Position numbers and translations under genes: made by a program. Below the pieces are notes generated by a model that worked only from the letters and a program-made list of their open reading frames with translations, searched no databases and had not been told where the DNA came from. Below are positions 60,347 through 64,000 of a stretch of 64,000 bases of DNA, in pieces (the stretch's first letter is position 1; each line of letters starts with the position of its first letter). The DNA is from Guillardia theta CCMP2712 (Eukaryota > Protista > Cryptophyta), in NCBI RefSeq assembly GCF_000315625.1, contig NW_005434628.1, positions 519,385 to 583,384 on the forward strand, read 5' to 3'.

Positions 60347-61654
60347 CTTGAAGAGAATTCAACCTATGGAATACATCATTAGGTTCAATGTTAATGATCT
60401 TTGACTGAAGGTCTTTGAGTGGTCGTACAAGGGGCTGAATGCATGATTCTTCTTATGACAAGAGGAAGGGCAAGGAGATGGGAACGATATGAAAGTCATT
60501 TAGTTATAAAACGACTGGGGTAGTGAGACAATGATGAGAGGAAGGTATTGAAGAGAGGATGGGGATAGAAGATACGACTGCAGAGATCGCAAGTTAAAGG
60601 ATGAAAGTAACGTCTGCAGAGATCGCAAGGGTAACAAACAACACCCACACTCAAAGCACTAAACCCTAGACAATCAAAGCACATGCAGGCAGAGCGCATG
60701 CACGCGAGAGCTCATCGCCGAGGAAGAGGCGCATGAACCGAGGAGGGACGTAATATTAGCCAAATGTGCGGCACTGGCGCGGGCCGGCCGGGCCGCGGCG
60801 GCGCGGGCGGACGTACCCGGCGTACGGTCACGTACGGTAGTACGCCGGTCTCTTTACTCAAAGTTAAGTTAAAAATCAGTACGAGGACAATCAGGAGAGT
60901 CGAGGAGGCTTGACCCTGACACTGTCGCACAGGCCAAACGGCGAGAAGAGAAAAGACAGCGAGAACCAAACCCAATCCCGAGAGAGAACAAGCAGAAGAA
61001 ATCCTTGCGCAGTATCTGCAGGCGAGCGTCATCTCGGCAAAGCTCGGGCAGGAGCAGGCAGGAACGAACAGGGAAAAGGAAAAGGCCTCCAACAAGAGAA
61101 GGAGAGGAGAACGAGAGGACAGCGCACACGAGCTATCTCCACCCAAGAAAATAGCCAGACAAAACCAAGGGAGAGAGGAAACTATCTTTGACTCGGCAGC
61201 CGCACACAAAAGAAAACAAATCCTCAGACCCAACAATAGAATGGTTGGACTCTCAGCGTCGCTGGACTCGGCCGGGCTCCCTTCACACTCGTCTGCACCA
61301 AGGGAAGAGGACGATAGCAATCGAAGAGACGGCAACCAAAGAACCCATCTAGCAGAGATCAGATCACAGAATGCGAGACTGACATCAGTTCCTTCCGCAA
61401 CTGGCCGATCCTATACGCACACCCTCAAGCTCTGGTGACAGACAAAGCCTCGGAGCCAGGGAGCCACACAGAGCGGTGGTCTGGATGGACAAAACGGCGT
61501 GATTCCGCGAGCAAATTCTGGACACAGTACAGGTCATTCTGCTAGGATAGAAGAAAGTTACCGGACGGATTTCAAGTAATCAACCGATTCCCAAAGGGCG
61601 CCCAGATAGCCTACGCAGCAAACTATTGGAGGACAGGGAATCGCGGCCTAACCC

Positions 61655-61742
61655 AGGTTTATGGTTTATGGTTTAGGGTTTAGGGTATAGGGTTTAGGCC
61701 GGTTTAGGGTTTAGGGTTTAGGGTTTAGGGTTTAGGGTTTAG
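61655..61742 (+). repeat. Interstitial telomere-type (TTTAGGG)n array, ~12 units
   Basis: TTTATGG x2, TTTAGGG x2, TATAGGG, TTTAGGCCGG, then five perfect TTTAGGG plus TTTAG. Confidence 0.95.
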
Positions 61743-64000
61743 CGCCGGTTATTTCAGGCACCATGGCTGCACGCGTGGTGTAGGGGAAGCTGCCAGGGCG
61801 CCAAGGAAGCTGCAAGCGAGAGGTTTGTATACTTCAAATAGCTTTCTAAGTATGGTTCTTCAGTATGATGAAAATGTTCGCAACCTGCTGTATCGGAGAT
61901 CATGCCAATACACGCAGAGCGGACTTGTGGATGCCTCTGTCCTCGAAGCTGATCTCGTCGAGAGGGTGAAGAGCTTCGCGAAGCGTTATCCGAACAGCAG
62001 GACAGCCCAGGCTTGCAAGGCTGTGGAGGGATGCACCCCCGACGCTATCGCAGAAGCCATCCGCTCGACATGTCAGCAGGCACGACGTGAGCTTCTCCAA
62101 GAAGCGATGACTGGATGGAGTGACGCATCCAGAGAGTGGTTTATGCAGCAGATTGAAGAAGCCAAGAAGGAGAAGGTCGAGACATACACCGCCTCAGCAG
62201 GCAACGAGGTGACTTCCTTCATCTCCATGACTCTCCTGGGCATCTCCTCGGTGTATGTCAACCATGAAGAAAAGCTGAAGAAGAAATTCGAAGAGATCGG
62301 ACTGATCGTAGACTCAGTGCAAGAGAGTAAAGCAATCATGTGGAAGGCTCCGTATAGACCCGAGATAGCGAGTGCTGAGGAGATCCCGGTGACTGTTTCC
62401 TTCCTCCGCAATGCACAAGCGGAGAAGCTCTGGCAGGGAAGAGAGGACTTCGCGATCGATGGTCGCAAGTTCACAGCTGTACATGTGAGCATCGTGCACG
62501 ATCGATCTTTCAAGATTCGAGCCAAGAGAGGACCCTGGGGCAAAGGGGGCAGCTTGGCAGAGCTGACTCACCTGCTAACCTTGGGCGGCATGACAACGGC
62601 TGAGATAGCTGCCGTCTATCGCTATCAGCTGCTGCGCCAGTCCCTTGCAGCGGTCCAACTCCAGCCGCTGGCAGGCATGCTGGTCGCTGGGGCGCCAGGA
62701 CAGCAAGTCCACAAAGGCTTAGGTCAGAAAGGCTTCATCGCTGTAGGGGCCAACGTCATCTGGAGACAGAGGGAGGTGGAGTGGATCGTCTCCTCGAGCT
62801 GCCCAGAGGCGAATGATACAGCATTTCGAGCTTTCCGAGAGAGCGAAGCGATGGAGGGAGTACACCTGACTCTGTTCAGCGAGGACCCGAAGATCAGAGA
62901 GGCGCTCGCAGTCGAGTTGACAGCTGATCGCTTTGTGTCCAGAAATAAGTTGAAGAAGGCATCAAGGATGCAGAAGAAGGCAGGCGGCAAGGACGGCAAG
63001 GAGATCAAGATCATCATCAAGTCGACGGCGGCATCTGGTCGCTTCACGAGGAAGGAGATGGAGGGGCTGTGCAACGGCGGCAACACGTCTATCGCAAGAG
63101 TCAAGAGAGTCTTCTTGGAGATCGCTAACAGGCTCGAGATCAACGTTGAAGGCATCGACATGGAGGAGGATTTGAACACCAAGTCCTGGAACGGGTCCAA
63201 GCTATGCATCCTCCTCGGCTCCACGGAGGATGCTCGACGCATGATGAAGGAGCTGCCCTTCTATCTCGAAGGCGCAGCAACCAAGCTCGAAGCAGTCGGC
63301 TTCGACAAGGAGCCTGACTCTGAGGCGGCTGGTCAGCGGGGCACCAGCGACGCAGCGCAGCGACCGGAGGAGAGCGAGGGAGAGTGGCTGGAGTTTACAG
63401 ACCTGGAGAGGATCACAATGGAGGCAGCATCTCCGTCAAGCCAAGAGGACATGCAGCTCGTCAGCGAGCTGTCAGCAGTCATCGAAGATGCAGCTTCTTT
63501 GAACGAGGCAGGGACGAGCGAGCCGATCAAGCTGGTCCTGGACAAGGCCGTTGGCAACCTCCACGACACCTTCTACTCTCCGGGGAGCCTGGAGTTCATG
63601 TCGCTGGGAGAGTGGGCGAAGATGCCAGAGGAGCAGGGAGTTGGGCGCAACGCTCTCAAGGAGAAGCTGGGGAAGTGGCTGCAGAGCAAGCGCTGGACTC
63701 GCGTGCAAGGAGAGAGCAAGAAGGCAAGGAGAGGCAGCGCGTTCTCGCCACGGGCAACGGCAGCTGCTGAGCTTGAGCAGGAGGCGGAGAGCGACGACAT
63801 AGAGCGTCGATCTCTTAGCTTCCTGTTTATAGCACTGAGTAAATTCGCAGAGATGCATGTGCTGGCCTGCTCGCTGAAGGTGGACAAGAAGGACCGACTG
63901 CGAGTGGAGATGAGGGAAGATGACGAAGAAGAGGAAGACATGGAGGAAGAGCAAGGCGAGGGCGAGGAAGAAGACGGGGCGAGCCCGTACCGAGCTGAGC
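61729..64000 (+). CDS. Long stop-free frame of unknown function (first in-frame ATG 61852), open at the window end; putative mobile-element or subtelomeric-family ORF
   Basis: Manual translation finds no stop after TAG 61726-61728: …QYDENVRNLLYRRSCQYTQSGLVDASVLEADLVERVKSF…EEEQGEGEEEDGASPYRAE. It is missing from the ORF track, presumably because no stop falls in the window. Confidence 0.8.

Noticed and set aside
61763-61863. Upstream ATG plus 41-nt intron as the start of the long ORF
   Set aside because: The spliced frame contains TAG at codon 7 in both copies, so the true start remains unresolved.

Overview
Gene-dense eukaryotic nuclear DNA with many short (~40-60 nt) GT-AG introns. The intron style, TTTAGGG repeats and gene set suggest a cryptophyte alga such as Guillardia/Hanusia (inference). 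Recognisable genes: RING-finger protein, alpha/beta hydrolase, GDT1/TMEM165, PH-domain protein, TMTC O-mannosyltransferase, RWP-RK transcription factor, PDZ/coiled-coil protein, GDA1/CD39 apyrase, EBP2, C-type lectin, Shewanella-like phosphatase, QCR9 and a P2B Ca2+-ATPase. The unusual parts are four. (1) An ~11 kb cysteine-rich receptor-like locus contains at least 10 near-identical 270-nt phase-2/phase-2 EGF-type exons separated by minisatellite-bearing introns, plus a 1278-bp in-exon tandem repeat. (2) A repeated element starts directly at TTTAGGG telomere-type repeats in both copies and carries a stop-free frame of more than 750 codons that the ORF track missed. (3) A decayed Crypton-like tyrosine-recombinase remnant is present. 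(4) A ~60-bp dispersed motif sits next to CCGG-rich intergenic islands. Exon boundaries were read by eye and some gene ends are approximate.
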